Source of the DNA: Octopus sinensis
Taxonomy: Eukaryota
Direction: 5' to 3'
Length of the DNA stretch: 64,000 bases
Assembly (NCBI RefSeq): GCF_006345805.1
Contig: NC_043012.1
Location: forward strand, 5,766,001-5,830,000
Part shown: piece after piece, positions 36,951 through 50,804 of the stretch
Layout: each line of letters opens with the position of its first letter
Position numbering within the stretch: position 1 is the stretch's first letter
Notes under the pieces: generated by a model
Database searches by the model: none
Seen by the model: the letters and a program-made list of their open reading frames with translations, nothing else
What the model was told of the DNA's origin: nothing
Position numbers and translations under genes: made by a program

Positions 36951-38157
36951 ACCAAAATGTCGTTTTACAAGCATCTATTTCTCCCTCAGACACATTTACC
37001 TCCTTGTCCTTAAATTTCACTTCTCATCTCTCCTAGCATGAGCCCTATTCTTCTCCTCAGGGTTTATAGTCTTGTAGAGCTGAGCTGCATGGTAACCTCA
37101 CTAGAATTGGTGGCACAAAAAAAAAAAATCCATTAAAAAATGCACCCAGTACATGGTATAAAGTGGTTGGTGTTAGGAAGGGCATCTTGTTATAGAAACC
37201 ATGCCAAAGCAGATACAGGAGCACAATGCAGTCCTTTGTCCCATAGGATCCTGTGAAACCATCCAACTTATATGAAAAGACTTGGAACATGGGCATGAAA
37301 TGTGTGTGTGTGTGTGCATGTTGAAAAAATTATAATCATTGTGGGAAATTACTTTGAGATTCCATCCGTAAAAAATATGACCAAATTAGGGTTAAAATAT
37401 TTGATATAATGTGCATCATAAACATAGTTAAGAATAATGATGCAGCTCTGAAATGAACCTCAGTGATTTGTTTTTAATTAGAACAATGAATTGCATGAAT
37501 TATTAGAGCTCTGGATCAAATGCCTCTTGGTGTTTGTTCTTATCCTCTAAGTTTTGAGTTCAAAACCCACCAAGGTCAACTTCATTTTTTTATCCTTTCA
37601 GGCTGATAAAATAATGTACCAATCATGTACTGGGGTCTGTTTAATTATCCTGTTAGCATTAAGATTACTCAGTAAACTGTAATGCTTATCTATTCACATT
37701 TTAAAATTAATCATAGATTATCTCATAACTTTGAGCTTTCAGTGATATGATTGTTTAATTTTTAAAACGACATTGTAGAGTGGGCGTGTGAAGTCAGATG
37801 TGGCCTGTTTGAACATGGAACATGTAAAATATTTAGGCTAGATATGGTTGGCTTAAATGCTAAAGGATTAAATAATTCCTTGCCTCAAGTATCATCAATG
37901 GTACAGTTTGTTAGGCATTGGAAAAAAAATTCTTGGTAGTTTGTAGAATGGTGGGCAAAATTCCAGGTAGAATTTGTGGAATATTGCTGGGTAGAATTCA
38001 GTTTGTTATTTTATATTTTTTGCATTTTCTGTTAAAATTGTTACTGATTTTGCTTTTCATTGCCCCTTTGGGTTAATAAAATAATTATCATTCAAGTTCT
38101 GGGATTGATTTAACTGTCCATATCTCTTATACCAAATTGCATTACATAATAATAATG

Positions 38158-38186
<29 letters not shown>

Positions 38187-38188
<2 letters not shown>

Positions 38189-38550
38189 GAGCACTCAGAG
38201 AGTGCAAACCTCTACCCAAGGCAACACCAATGTCCTCTCAACGATTAGCCAAAGATGATTTTTAAAATGAGAATATCTGAAATAAACTCGACTGCTCTCA
38301 CAAATGAGAATACTAAAAATGAACCTGACTGCTCTCAAAAATTAAGTAAAAAAGCAGGAAAAACAATCCAGAATCCTTTTCTAGTACTGGATCGATCCCA
38401 AAATCTAATCAGTTTGTGCCAGTCATGAGGCCAAACATCCCTGAAAGTTTCATCTGAATCCATCTAGTGGTTCTTGAGATATCTTGTCCACGGACAGACA
38501 AACAAACGCAACTGAAAACAATACCTCTGCCTTCACTAAGGCAGAGGTAA
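38187..38550 (+). mobile_element. Helentron-type element family G
   Basis: AAGAGCACTCAGAGAGTGCAAACCTCT...CCAAGG start; CCTCTGCCTTCACTAAGGCAGAGGTAA terminal hairpin; (AAT)n flanks. Confidence 0.78.
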
Positions 38551-39054
38551 TAATAATAATAATTTCTCAGAAGGTCAGAAATTTTGGAGGAGGGTTTTAG
38601 TTGATACAATTGGCCTCGTTTTATTGACCTTGAAAAGATGAAAGGTAAAATTAACCCCGGGAAGATTTGAACTCAGGAATTAAAAGAGCTGGAAGAAAGA
38701 AAAAGAAAAGTATTTTGACTCTTGCTGATATGAACTTTGCCTTTCATCTTTCTGAAGACCATAATTAATTGCCAGTGCTAGTTAAGTACTTGAGTGGATA
38801 TAATCAACTGTTCCTTTCACCACACACAAAGAAATTTCAGACTTTGATTGGATGAATCATTTGTGTCAAACCAAAGTGCCCTGAGGCATGCCTCTGGATC
38901 TTTACATTTTGAGTTCAAATTCCGCTGACATCATCCTTGCCTTTCATCCTTTCGGGGTCGATAAAGTAAGTACCAGTTGAGCACTGGGATTGATGTAATT
39001 GATTTATCCTCTCCTCCGAAATTGCTGGCTTTGTGCCAAAATTTGAGATCATCA

Positions 39055-39097
<43 letters not shown>

Positions 39098-39333
39098 GAC
39101 ATGATTATTATAATCAAGGAAGCAATCTGGCCGAACCATTAGTGCAATGGACAAAATATTTAGGAGCATTTTTGTCCACCTTTTATATTCCGACTTTGAT
39201 TGTCATGAAGGTCAACTTTGCCTTTCATACTCTTGGGGTTGATGAAATAAGTACCGGTCAAGCACTGGGGTCAAGGTAATTGACTTACACCCTCCCTCAA
39301 ATTTGTGAGCCATGTACCAAAATCTGAAATCAT

Positions 39334-39697
39334 TATTGCTTTCACTAAGGTGGAGGTATTGTTTTCAGTCACATTTGTTTGTTTGTCCGTGGGCAAGATA
39401 TCTCAAGAACCGCTGGATGGATTCTGATGAAACTTTCAGGGGTGTTTGGTCTCATGACTGGCACGGACTGATTAGATTTTGGGATCAATCTGGTACCGGA
39501 AAGGAATTCTGGATTATTTTCCCTTTTTTTTTTTTTTACTTAATTTTTGAGGGTGGTCTGGTTCATTTTTAGTATTTTCATTTGTGAGAGCAGTCGAGTT
39601 TATTTCAGATATTCTCATTTTAAAAATCATCTTTGGCTAATCGTTGAGAGGATGTTGGTATTGCCTTGGTGGAGGTTTGCACTCTCTGAATGCTCTT
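39334..39697 (-). mobile_element. Helentron-type element family G
   Basis: Inverted homologue of 38187-38550. Confidence 0.78.
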
Positions 39698-39996
39698 GTT
39701 ATTATTATCATCATTATTATTGTTTCTATTATTATTATTCTCATTATTAAGTGGCAAGCTGGCAGAACTGTTACCATGCCAGACAAAATGCTTAGTGCTA
39801 TTTCATCTGCCACTACGTTCTGAGTTTAAATTCTGCCAAGGTCAACTTTGCCTTTCATCCTTTTGGGGTCAATAAAATAAGTACCAGTTACATGCTGGGG
39901 TTGATGTAATCGACTTAATCTCTTTCCGCAATTCGGAGGCCTTGTGCTACCATTAGAAATATTAAAAAAAATTTTTTTTTTTTATTATTATCATCA

Positions 39997-40058
<62 letters not shown>

Positions 40059-41129
40059 ATAATAATACAACAGTGATGAAGGCAGAGAAAATAGAATACT
40101 TTTTCGATATTTTATATTATAGTCTTTTAGTTTCTCAGTATTTAGTTGGAATCCTGTTTAAACTAATGTTGCTTTTATCTCTTGAACATTGATAAAATAT
40201 ATACCAATTACATATTTCAGTTGATAATAGCCATTATTTTATCGTATAATAAATATAAGCTCCCATTATCATCATCATCATCGTGACCTTTCTAATGCTC
40301 CTCTTTCTTTTCCGTGAAAAATCTGAAACTATGCAACTCAATGAGTGATTATTATTCTTATGGAAAGTCTTGCTTGCTGGATATTTATTTTTCTTCTTTT
40401 TTAATGTTTTTGGAGATTATTGAAGACTGCATATCTTTGTTGGAGCCAACCAGTCTGTCTGGAAGCAATTCCTGTGCCAGGGGAACCTCCAGGCAGGTGT
40501 GGAAACAGGAAATTAGAATCTTTTGTTTTATCCTAGCTAAGAAAGGAGTATTGTGTAATTAGCAAGGCTGAACTTACACACTCTGACAACTTTAAAATAT
40601 CTTCAGATATCTAAGCATGGCTGAGTGGTTAAGAAGCTCACTTTGCAGGTTCAATCCCACTGTACATCATCTTGGTCAAGTGTTTTTTATTTTGTCTGGG
40701 ACTGACCGATGCTTTGTGAGTGAATTTGATAGATGGGAAGTGTAAAAGCCCATTATGTGTGTGTGTGTGGTGTGTGTGTGTGTGTGTGTGCATGTGTTTG
40801 TGTTTGTGTCTTTGTATTTATATTTGTCCTCCACTAACACTTGACAACTGGTGTTGGTTTGTTTATGTCCCTCTATATCTTTGTGGTTCTGCAAAAGAGA
40901 CTTATTACAAAAAAAAATTAGGTATTGAGGTTGATTTGTTCAACTAAACCCTTCAAGGCAGTGCCCCTGCATGGCCACAACCCAGTGATTGAAACCAGTA
41001 AAGTATAAAAGATTTACAATGAAAGGATCTCACTGTTTTCAGACTTAAATACATCCTCCAGTTCTCTTTTAAAACAGCAGGATATGATTTGAAGGAGCTA
41101 TGACTACTATTTCCAGCAAGTTGAGTGAC

Positions 41130-41700
41130 TCTGCAGAAATTACCTTTATTATTAGTTACTAGCCAACTGATACTATCTCCCACCTCCCGCTCTTATGAAA
41201 CTATCCACTCTGTCCTCTCCTCTCATGGCCCTCTGTATCCTCTCTTATGCTCACCTTCATGTACCCTAAGAGTTTGCTCTGGTACTCCATCTACCTTTTT
41301 TTTCATCCCCTTTTCATCTACCCATCCCTATAAAATCTAGGGTTAGCCATGTATTTCCTCTATAGCAAGACCTCTGTACTTGTCCCTTTTTCATACTTTA
41401 GCCTTTCAACGCCTGGCATACAGCCACCTCCCCATTTCATACTCTACTCCCACTTGGAAGCAAGGGGAGCTATTTTCTTTTACTTTCCTGCTTGTCTTGT
41501 TGAGTTACTCGGTAACCTCACTTGTGCTGGTGCCACATAAAACACACTCAGTACATGCTGTAAAGTGGTTGGCGCTAGGAAGAGCATCAAGCTGTAGAAA
41601 CTGTCACAGGAACTCAGAGCAGCCCTGCAGCTCACCAGAGCCTATGAAACCATCCAACCTATACCAGCATGGATAATGGTTGTTAAATGACGACGATGAG
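41130..41700 (+). mobile_element. Old LINE-like 3' fragment sharing its tail with SINE family C
   Basis: Homologous to 48270-48850 (GGG.TAGCCATGT.T.T.CT.TATAGC.AG); ends in the family C-like tail with GATGA repeats. Confidence 0.55.
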
Positions 41701-42127
41701 GGTGACTAACATTGGTTGCAATGTCTAACAGTACATTTAGTTTTGTCCCACTTACACTATGAGTTCAATTTCTACTAAGTCTAGCTTTGTCTTACAGAGT
41801 TAATACCAGTGATGAACTAAGGGCTCTTTAAAAAAAAAACCTATGTATACACTTGTTTGATTCTGAACAGTGTATGTATGTATATGTTTGTGTGTACCTC
41901 TGTGTGTGTGTGGTGTGTGTGTATGTACCAGAGAAAGCACAAATGTGAAACAAGGTGGAAAAACGGTACTCGAATACCAGAGGTAGAGTAATATGCTTTG
42001 TTGAAAAGCAGCAGAAATATCACAAAAACCTTTACTCAGTTTCATGTTCCAGTTCGTCGGACAGTTACATATATATATATATGTGTATGTGTTTGTGTTA
42101 GTAAATATGTTTGTGTGTGTATATATA

Positions 42128-42523
42128 GTAGGTGCAGGAGTGGCTGTGTGGCAAGTAGCTTGCTTACCAACCACATGGTTCTGGGTTCAGTCCTATTGGT
42201 ACCTTGGGCAAGTGTCTTTTTCTATAGCCTCGGGCCAACCAAAGCCTTGTGAGTGAAATTGGTAGACAGAAACCGAAAGAAGCCCGTCGTATGTATATAT
42301 ATATGTATGTATATGTTTGTGTGCCTGTGTTTGTCCCCCTATCATTGCTTGACAACTGATGCTGGTGTGTTTACATCCCCATAATTTAGCAGTTCAGCAA
42401 AAGAGACCGATAGAATAAGTACTAGCCTTACAAAGAATAAGTCCTTGGCTCGATTTACTTGACTAAATGCGGTGCTCCAGCATGGCCACAGTCAAATGAC
42501 GGAAACAAATAAAAGAATAAAAG
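42128..42523 (+). mobile_element. CORE-type SINE family A, full length
   Basis: Head to tail. Confidence 0.9.
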
Positions 42524-42534
42524 AAAAATATTTG

Positions 42535-42930
42535 TGTGCTTGTGAAGACCTGTTGAGTCAAGTGAAGTCATTGTCGTGGCTCTGCCAGTACCGCCTGACT
42601 GGTACCTGCACCGCTGGCACATAAAAAGCACCATTCGAGCGTGGTCGTTGCCAGTGCCACTTGACTGGCTCTTGTATTAGCGGCACGTAAAAAAGCACCA
42701 TTTGAGCATGGTTGATGCCAGTACCGCCTAACTGGCTTTCATATTGGTCGCATGTAAAAATACCCACTACACTCTCAGAGTGGTTGGCGTTAGGGAGGAC
42801 ATCCAGCTGTAGAAACCCTGCCAGATCAGATGGCAGCCTGGTGCAGCCATCTGGTTCACCAGTCTTTCAGTCAAATCGTCCAACCCATGCTGGCATGGAA
42901 AGCAAACGTTAAATGATGACGATGATGATG
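42535..42930 (+). mobile_element. SINE family C body with three divergent ~65-bp units
   Basis: GCCAGT.CCGCC..ACTGG...GGCAC.TAAAAAGCACC repeated three times, then the (GAT)n tail. Confidence 0.85.
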
Positions 42931-43361
42931 AGATTGTGTGTGTGCTTGTATATTTGTACTTGTGTGTGTGTGTGTGTGTACTTGCATGTTTGAATTTCTG
43001 TGTGTGTGTTCCCCAGCTGCTGATTAAAGTTTGAAAACCACAACAGTGAAATACAAGCACATGTACTGCAATTACATTTAAGTGATTAATTACTGTCTGC
43101 ACCACATCTTCACTACCACGGGGGAGGGAGGGGACTTGAGTGTGTGTGTGTGTGTGTGTGTGTCTGTGCGTATAGGGTTTATTGTGTCTATCGGATTGTA
43201 TTTGATTTTGTGTCAGTTTGATTGTGTGCATGTGTGTGTGTGTGCGTGTATGTATGTGCATGTGTGTGTGTGACTATGTTGGGTACTTAAGCCGTCAAAA
43301 TTCATCAGTTAGTATCAGATGGTTGGCATGCTTTTATCTAAGAATCAATAAAAGAGCTAAA

Positions 43362-43429
<68 letters not shown>

Positions 43430-43541
43430 ATGTGTATTGTATATGTATATATGTGAGTGCAAGTATAGTGCATTTGTGCATATATATCGTGTATGTGTAT
43501 ATCTATCTATCTATCTATCTATCTCTCTCCCTCTCTCTCTC

Positions 43542-43598
<57 letters not shown>

Positions 43599-43728
43599 GT
43601 TTCCTATTTCTCTTTATTTTTATTATTTTGCTTATTTATTTATTGTAAGCTTCCTCATTCAGCAGCTTGTCTTCATTTCTTAAACTCTGATATCTATATA
43701 TTCCCAATGTGTGTTTACACACACACAC

Positions 43729-43775
<47 letters not shown>

Positions 43776-43845
43776 TATATCTAGAACTATCTTTGTATAT
43801 TTTATATTTATGTATTTTGTTTGACAATGTATTTTGTATATATGT

Positions 43846-43918
<73 letters not shown>

Positions 43919-44070
43919 GTGTGTGTGTGTGTGTGTGTATTGTGTGTTTATCCGTTTTCTCTGGCTTGCCTGCTGCCTGTCTGAGTTGTGTTGAGAGGTG
44001 TGTGTGTGTGTGTGTGTGGTGTGTGTATGTACACCTGTTTGAATCTGAGTTCTTTTCGCCTCTGTATGTA

Positions 44071-44111
<41 letters not shown>

Positions 44112-44214
44112 TGGTTAGCAGTGTGTGTACATATGTGTAACTATTTAATTCTAAGAAGTATGTATTTGTTTGTGTGTGGGTGTAATTACATATACACACA
44201 CACACACACACACA

Positions 44215-44246
<32 letters not shown>

Positions 44247-44322
44247 CTATAGACTTATATACATATATATATATACATATACTTATATATATATATATAT
44301 AGATGCAAATACATATATATTC

Positions 44323-44369
<47 letters not shown>

Positions 44370-44383
44370 AATATATATACCTA

Positions 44384-44435
<52 letters not shown>

Positions 44436-44785
44436 CATATATATATACATACATACATACATATATATATCCACATATATATACATATATGTATACACAT
44501 ATATATATACATATATATATATATATACATATATGTATACACATATATATATATATACACACACATATATATGTGTATACACACATACACATATATATAT
44601 AAAAACACACACAGATATATATATATAATGTATGTGTGCTGTCTATTTGGATTCCATCACTGTGATGCTGCGTTCATTGATGTACGAAGCAAACTGAATG
44701 AAATCTGATTATGACAAATGTCTGGGTGTCGGTGGTGTTGGTGCTATGTGTAAAAAGCCAGAAAATACATTGTGTGTTTCCGTTT

Positions 44786-44826
<41 letters not shown>

Positions 44827-44989
44827 GGTGGGTGGTTGCGTATAAAATGTGTGATGCCACTTGTCAGTGACAGACAGTGAGATGTTAGAGGATTTCTCCT
44901 AGCGGATTGATGTGTAATGTTAAGGCTAACTTGGAGTTAATTGAGTGTGACTGTTATCAAACACATTGAACACACACACACACACACAC

Positions 44990-45440
44990 ACAAACAAACA
45001 AACACAACATGTACACACACACACACACTTGTACACATATGTAATATGTAATATCATCACTGTTTTAATGGCCACTTTTTCATGCTTGCAATAAGCCAGA
45101 TGGAAATTGTTGAGGCAGAGCATTATTCTATGGCCAGATGTCCTTCTTGTCACCAACCCCCCATTGTTTCCAAACAAGATAATGTGGTAATGTTTTTATG
45201 GAAGATTGAAAATAAATGATATTGTTTGTATGATAATGACCCACTTTTACATCTATCATATTTTGTCTAGACACACACACACACACACACACATGTGCAT
45301 ACAATGGGTTTTTCGGTTTCTGTTAACCAAATCCCCTCAAAAAGCTTTGGTTTGACCTAGGGCTTTAGCAGAAGGTGCTGTACGATGGAACTGAACCTGA
45401 AACCATTTGATTGGGAAGTGAACTTCTTAACCTCACAGCC
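44990..45440 (-). mobile_element. SINE family F (family A-type head, different body, family C-like tail)
   Basis: Homologous to 47150-47420, 51720-52020 and 57335-57740. Confidence 0.7.
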
Positions 45441-45455
45441 AACTTTGAAGTACCT

Positions 45456-45658
45456 ACTCTTTACTCTCTTTTACTTCTTTCAGTCATTTGACTGCGGCCA
45501 TGCTGGAGCACCACCTTTAGTCGAGCAAATCGACCCCGGGACTTATTCTTTGTAAGCCCAGTACTTATTTTATCGGTCTCTTTTGCCAAACCGCTAAGTG
45601 ACGGGGACGTAAACACACCAGCATTGGTTGTCAAGCAATGCTAGGGGGACAAACACAG

Positions 45659-45693
<35 letters not shown>

Positions 45694-45861
45694 CATGACA
45701 GGCTTCTTTCAGTTTCCGTCCACCGAATCCACTCACAAGGTTTTGGTCGACCCGAGGCTGTTGTAGAAGACACTTGCCCAAGGTGCCACGCAGTGGGACT
45801 GAACCCGGAACCATGTAGTTGGTTAGCAAGCTACTTACCACACAGCCACTCCTGCGCCTAT
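45456..45861 (-). mobile_element. CORE-type SINE family A, full length
   Basis: Reverse-complement head and tail. Confidence 0.9.
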
Positions 45862-46164
45862 TTTTTTTTTTTATGATTTTGTCACAAACCAGGCTTCTGG
45901 TCACTGTAGCAAAAAGGACCACAAAATGGGAAAGAAGGGGTCTCCAAATTCCAAATTCAAAGGATGTCGATTGACAGAAAACTTAAAGAACCGAATATCA
46001 TAAAAGTTTGTTGTCAGCATGATGGTCCCTGTCTTTCAAGGCTACGGTCTTTTAGCTCATCATCTTGCAGCTAATAGTTGCCAAGTAAACTTCTTAACCA
46101 AATAGCCATGCAATTAAACCCTTTAATTGCAACCCTTTAGCAATTAAACCAGCTAAAATATTCT

Positions 46165-46563
46165 AAGGTGCAGGCATGGCTGTGTGGTAAGAAGCTTGCT
46201 TCCCAACCACATGGTTCCAGGTTCAGTTTCACTGCGTGGCATCTTAGGCAAGTGTCTTCTACTGTAGCCTCAGGCCAACCAAAGCCTTGTGAGTGGATTT
46301 GGTAGATGGAAACTGAGAGAAGCCTGTTATGTATATATATATATATGTTTATATATTTATATGTGTCTGTGTTTGTTCCCCCCCCCCACTGTTGCTTGAC
46401 AACCGATGTTGGTATGTTTATGTTCCCGAACTTAGCGGTTCAGCAAAACAGACCAATAGAATAAGTACTAGGCTTACAAAGAATAAGTCCTGGGGTCGAT
46501 TTGCTCGATTAAAGACGGTGCTCCAGCAAGGCCGCAGTCAAATGACTGAAACATATAAAGAAA
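46165..46563 (+). mobile_element. CORE-type SINE family A, full length
   Basis: Head to tail. Confidence 0.88.
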
Positions 46564-46770
46564 GAAAAATGTGTTCATACTGGCCAGATCTGGCCTCTTA
46601 CACCTACCGTACAATATCATTCTGAATATATATGATAACATCATCAAAATCTCAAGGCCACTAGATAATAGATGATTAATTCAAAACCATGTGAATAAAT
46701 AAGGTTTACATTTGACATGGTAATCTGAGTGCTAAAGAGTTAAACAGATTTATGGTATTTATTTCATTCA

Positions 46771-46997
46771 GGCAAGTGGCAGAAACGTTAGCACGCCGAG
46801 CGAAATGCGTAGCCGTACTTTGTCTGCTGTTACTTTCTGAGTTCAAATTCCACCGAGGTCAACTTTGCCTTTCATCCTTTCGGGGTCGATTAAATAAGTA
46901 CCAGTTATGCACTGGGGTCGATATAATCGACTTAATCCGTTTGTCTGTCCTTGTTTGTTCTTTCTCTGTTTAGCCTCTTGTGGGTAGTAAATAAATA
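46771..46997 (+). mobile_element. Family B SINE with 17-bp TSD
   Basis: GGTATTTATTTCATTCA at 46754-46770 and 46998-47014. Confidence 0.9.
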
Positions 46998-47379
46998 GGT
47001 ATTTATTTCATTCAAATGACATAGACATTCCCTTGATACATTTATCAGATATTCAGTGAACCACTAACTGGCTCATTGGCAGACCATTACGTATGATATA
47101 TCTGTTCACAGAAAAATACCATATAAAAATATATGGTTCTCATCATCACTATCCTTTCAATGTCCCCTTTTCCCTGTTGACATGGGTGAGATAGAGTTTG
47201 TTGGGGTTGATTTTTTTATGGCTTTATGCCATTTCTCTTGGGAAGTTTCACCTGTTTCAGAGTAAGATAATATTTCCCCATGACCAGCCATGTTTTCATG
47301 GAAGATTGGAAATGGGGGACACTGATGGTGATACTTGTTAACAAATATCACATGATACCAAGGTAAGTATGCACACACA

Positions 47380-47410
<31 letters not shown>

Positions 47411-47440
47411 CGTATATATATATATACACACACACACATA

Positions 47441-48150
47441 CATGGGCTGTGATGAGTAAATTGTCGTCATTTTATATTTTTAATTTTGTGGCTGTGCATT
47501 GTTTGTTTTTGATTTTGTCAACTGCACAGTATTGTAGGGTCAGTTGTGCACTGTCTGTGAGAAAAACACCACCATGATGCAATTCACTCTGCCAGAAATT
47601 TGGAAACAACATGCTGTACTGCTTGGCATTCACGCTGGAAGCTCCAATACAAACATTTCAGAGTGTTTGGGTGTCAATCTGAGGAGAGTGCAATCTGAGA
47701 ATATGTACTGAGAGTGATAAAAATCAAACATCCAGTCGATATCATGATGTTTGGAGTGATCACTAGTGATGGCGACTTTATACCTCCAATCATCTTCTAA
47801 CACAGCCTCAGAGTCAACACGAAGGCCTACATCAAGTGCATGAAGAAGGTAGTGCTGTCCTAGGTCAAGAGGGTGGCTGCTAGAAGATCCTATGTCTGGC
47901 AACAAAACTCTGCACCATGCCACACAAGCAAGAGAACCCAGTCATGGCTGTCAGACAATTTCTGAAACTACATCACCCCTAACATCTGGCCACCTAACTC
48001 CCAAGACTGCAACCCCCTTGATTATTATGTGTGGGGCACAGTTAAGCAAGAGAGCAACAAAACTCTGTATAACACCAAAAATGAACTGAAGTCAAGGAGA
48101 CCATCCAGAAGAGTTGCAGGAGATTCCGAAGTCATCTGGAGGCCATGGTT
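47441..48150 (+). mobile_element. Tc1/mariner DD37D (maT) transposon remnant
   Basis: TA-flanked left end; carries the transposase pseudogene below; right end missing. Confidence 0.8.
47574..48150 (+). pseudogene. maT-family DD37D transposase pseudogene, internally deleted, with stops
   Basis: N-terminal HTH-like WKQHAVLLGIHAGSSNTNISECLGVNLRRVQ; catalytic region IMMFGVITSDG...YVWQQNSAPCHTSKRTQSWL...IWPPNSQDCNPLDYYVWG with 37 residues between the second (D to N mutated) and third acidic positions; three in-frame stops in that stretch. Confidence 0.85.
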
Positions 48151-48269
48151 TAAGTTTCTGTCTTCCAAATCCACTCCCAAGGTGCCTGACCTGGCTGGTT
48201 CCAGTTTTCTGATTGGCAGAATAAAACATACGTATGTTTGTAGATACAGCCATGTTCTTCACTCCTAAC

Positions 48270-48850
48270 ACCAAATGTTCTGGAGACTCTTCTGTAAACA
48301 TTTCTATGGATTACTTATTGCCAATGCACACCATCACCAGTTTCCACTTAATCTTGATATTATCTTATACATTTATCCTCTCTTTTGCTCACCTACTTTG
48401 ACACACCATCACTACCATCTTTCTTCTTTATCTTCATCCTCCCAATTACTATTACTCACCATTATAACGTGGGGTAGCCATGTTTCTTCTTTATAGCTAG
48501 GAACCTGTTCTTGTCTGTCTAGCATAATTTAGCCCCTCAGCCCCTCCCTCATTTCTAATATCCTCACCACTTATCCACAGTGGTAGTGAGGGCTGCTTAT
48601 TACCTTCCTGTTCTTTTCTGGCCTGCAACTTACTTGATGACCTCACTAGTGCTGGTGCCACATAAAAAGCACCCAGTACAATCTCTTAAGTGGTTGGCAT
48701 TAGGAATGGCATCCAGCCATATAAAAAACCATTCCAAAGCTGACACTGGAGCTTGGTGCAGCCTTGTGGCTTGCTGAATCTTACCAAACTGTTCAACCCA
48801 TGTCTGCATGGAAAATGGACATTAATTGACGATGATGATGATGATGATGC
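48270..48850 (+). mobile_element. Old LINE-like 3' fragment sharing its tail with SINE family C
   Basis: Homologous to 41130-41700. Confidence 0.55.
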
Positions 48851-49704
48851 TGGACTCCAGTTGTTTGATCAGCATATTTATTTATTCTCTAAATTATAGT
48901 AAAGTCCAGGGTGGAATATTGCTCCCATATGAGACACTGTTGCTGCTGCACACTTAAGCATCTTAGAGTGCATTTCCTCTTCAGATTAAAAAAAAAAAAA
49001 AGGGACACTCAACTAATTAGAATGGAATTTCTTACCAACATGCTCCCACCGTTATCCCATAGATGTGCTTTTTTCTCACTTTCCTTTTTCAACTGTTACT
49101 ACACTTTAGAGATTCCTGGTCTGTTCTTTTCACCCGTATTTTATCCCTTCACTGGTATAGCCTCCCTAGTATATTATACCCTTTAAATTCCTTCCCTTCT
49201 CATGCTCATTGCTGCACTGAAGACCATGACTAACCTTTCTTCCCCCAGAATGGTAATATCCACAAAATTCCCCTCTCTGCTCATGCTTTTCCTGCATTCC
49301 TTGACCATATCAATCTCACCAACCTGGGGTGGGGGCTGTGAAGGCTATGCATCCCACCCATTCCTTTGAAAAATAAGGGTGGGGTAAAAAGTGGCTGTGT
49401 CTTTGTCTTTTTCGTTTGCAGACATTTTGTATTGTTAGTGTAATTCCTCAGGCAGACACAATGAGACACGGTTGTGTTGCTGTGACAATGATGCTTCCCC
49501 CAGATCTCACTTACCAATCTCTTCAGTAGACTTCAACACAGTTTCTGACTACCCGATTCCACACACGCACACTTTTACTGTAATCATGATCAGATGGAAG
49601 ATGTTTTGTTGTTGTTGTTCACAAGATTGATTTACAGATAAGTAAAAGAAAAAAGAAGTAGGTATGCATGTTGTGTGTTTAAATATATGGATGCGTATTT
49701 GTAT

Positions 49705-49740
<36 letters not shown>

Positions 49741-49906
49741 AGAGACAGAGAGAAACAAAGAGGTGCAGCTTGTAGGAAGAGAAAACTAATGTAAGACAAA
49801 AATTTTGCAATAAATCCAACTAAAATCTCTAAATCTTTTTAAACACCAATTATCACTTCTGGAAGTGTTAGTTTGTATGAGTGTGTTTATTTACATGTAT
49901 ATGTAT

Positions 49907-49937
<31 letters not shown>

Positions 49938-50411
49938 ATGCATGTATGCTGCCGTGTTAGTATGGCTGCTCAGAAAAGTTCTGCGAAGTAAAGGAAGAAT
50001 ATAAAATCTAACCAGATGAAAAGAGTTTAAGAGCATTAACTGGGTTTCTTTTAATAGAGTTGTCACTATCATTCACATCACCACCACCACAACCACCACT
50101 ACAACTACTACCACCATCATCACCACCACTACCATCATTGTCTGTAACATTCGTAATCAAAACTATAAACATGTACATTAATCACCATCAGCATCAGTTA
50201 TCATCATTCTCATCATCATTGACAATCAAAGTTGTAAATATTTACATCATCGTTATCATATCGTCTACATTAACCCTTTGTCTAATGAATGGCTCATATA
50301 ATGCCAGCATGGAGAACAGATGTTAAAACTTGATGATGATAATGATGATGATGATGATGGGAGTGTACAGTATTTACATTTGTTTCTTTAGGATGTGAGT
50401 TCAAATTCCAA

Positions 50412-50770
50412 CGTGGCCGATGCCAGCACCGCCCCAACTGGCTTCTGTGCCGGTGGCACATAAAAAGCACCATCCGAACGTGGACAATGCCAGCACCACC
50501 TCGACTGGCTTCTGTGCCGGTGGCACATAAAAAGCACCAACCAATCGTGGCCGATGCCAGACCCCTCTGGCACCTGTGCAGGTGGCACGTAAAAAGCACC
50601 CACTACACTCGCGGAGTGGTTGGCGTTAGGAAGGGCATCCAGCTGTAGAAACACTGCCAGATCAGACTGGGGCCTGGAGCAGCCCCTGGCTCCCCAGACC
50701 CCGGTCGAACCGTCCAACCCGTGCTAGCGCGGAAAACGGACGTTAAACGATGATGATGATGATGATGATG
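50412..50770 (+). mobile_element. Young family C SINE body with about three ~60-65-bp units
   Basis: GCCAGCACC.CC.C.ACTGGCTTCTGTGCCGGTGGCACATAAAAAGCACC repeats; (GAT)n tail. Confidence 0.88.
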
Positions 50771-50804
50771 ATGTAGTGTCTTGGCTCTTTTTTTGCTGAT
50801 AGTA

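Noticed and set aside
44690-44735. Possible minus-strand terminal exon APTPPTPRHLS*
   Set aside because: Only an acceptor-like signal and a short peptide; no independent support
49424-49530. Strong plus-strand acceptor with a 35-codon open frame, overlapping a minus-strand GTAAGT donor
   Set aside because: No matching partner splice site on either strand and the peptide is not recognised
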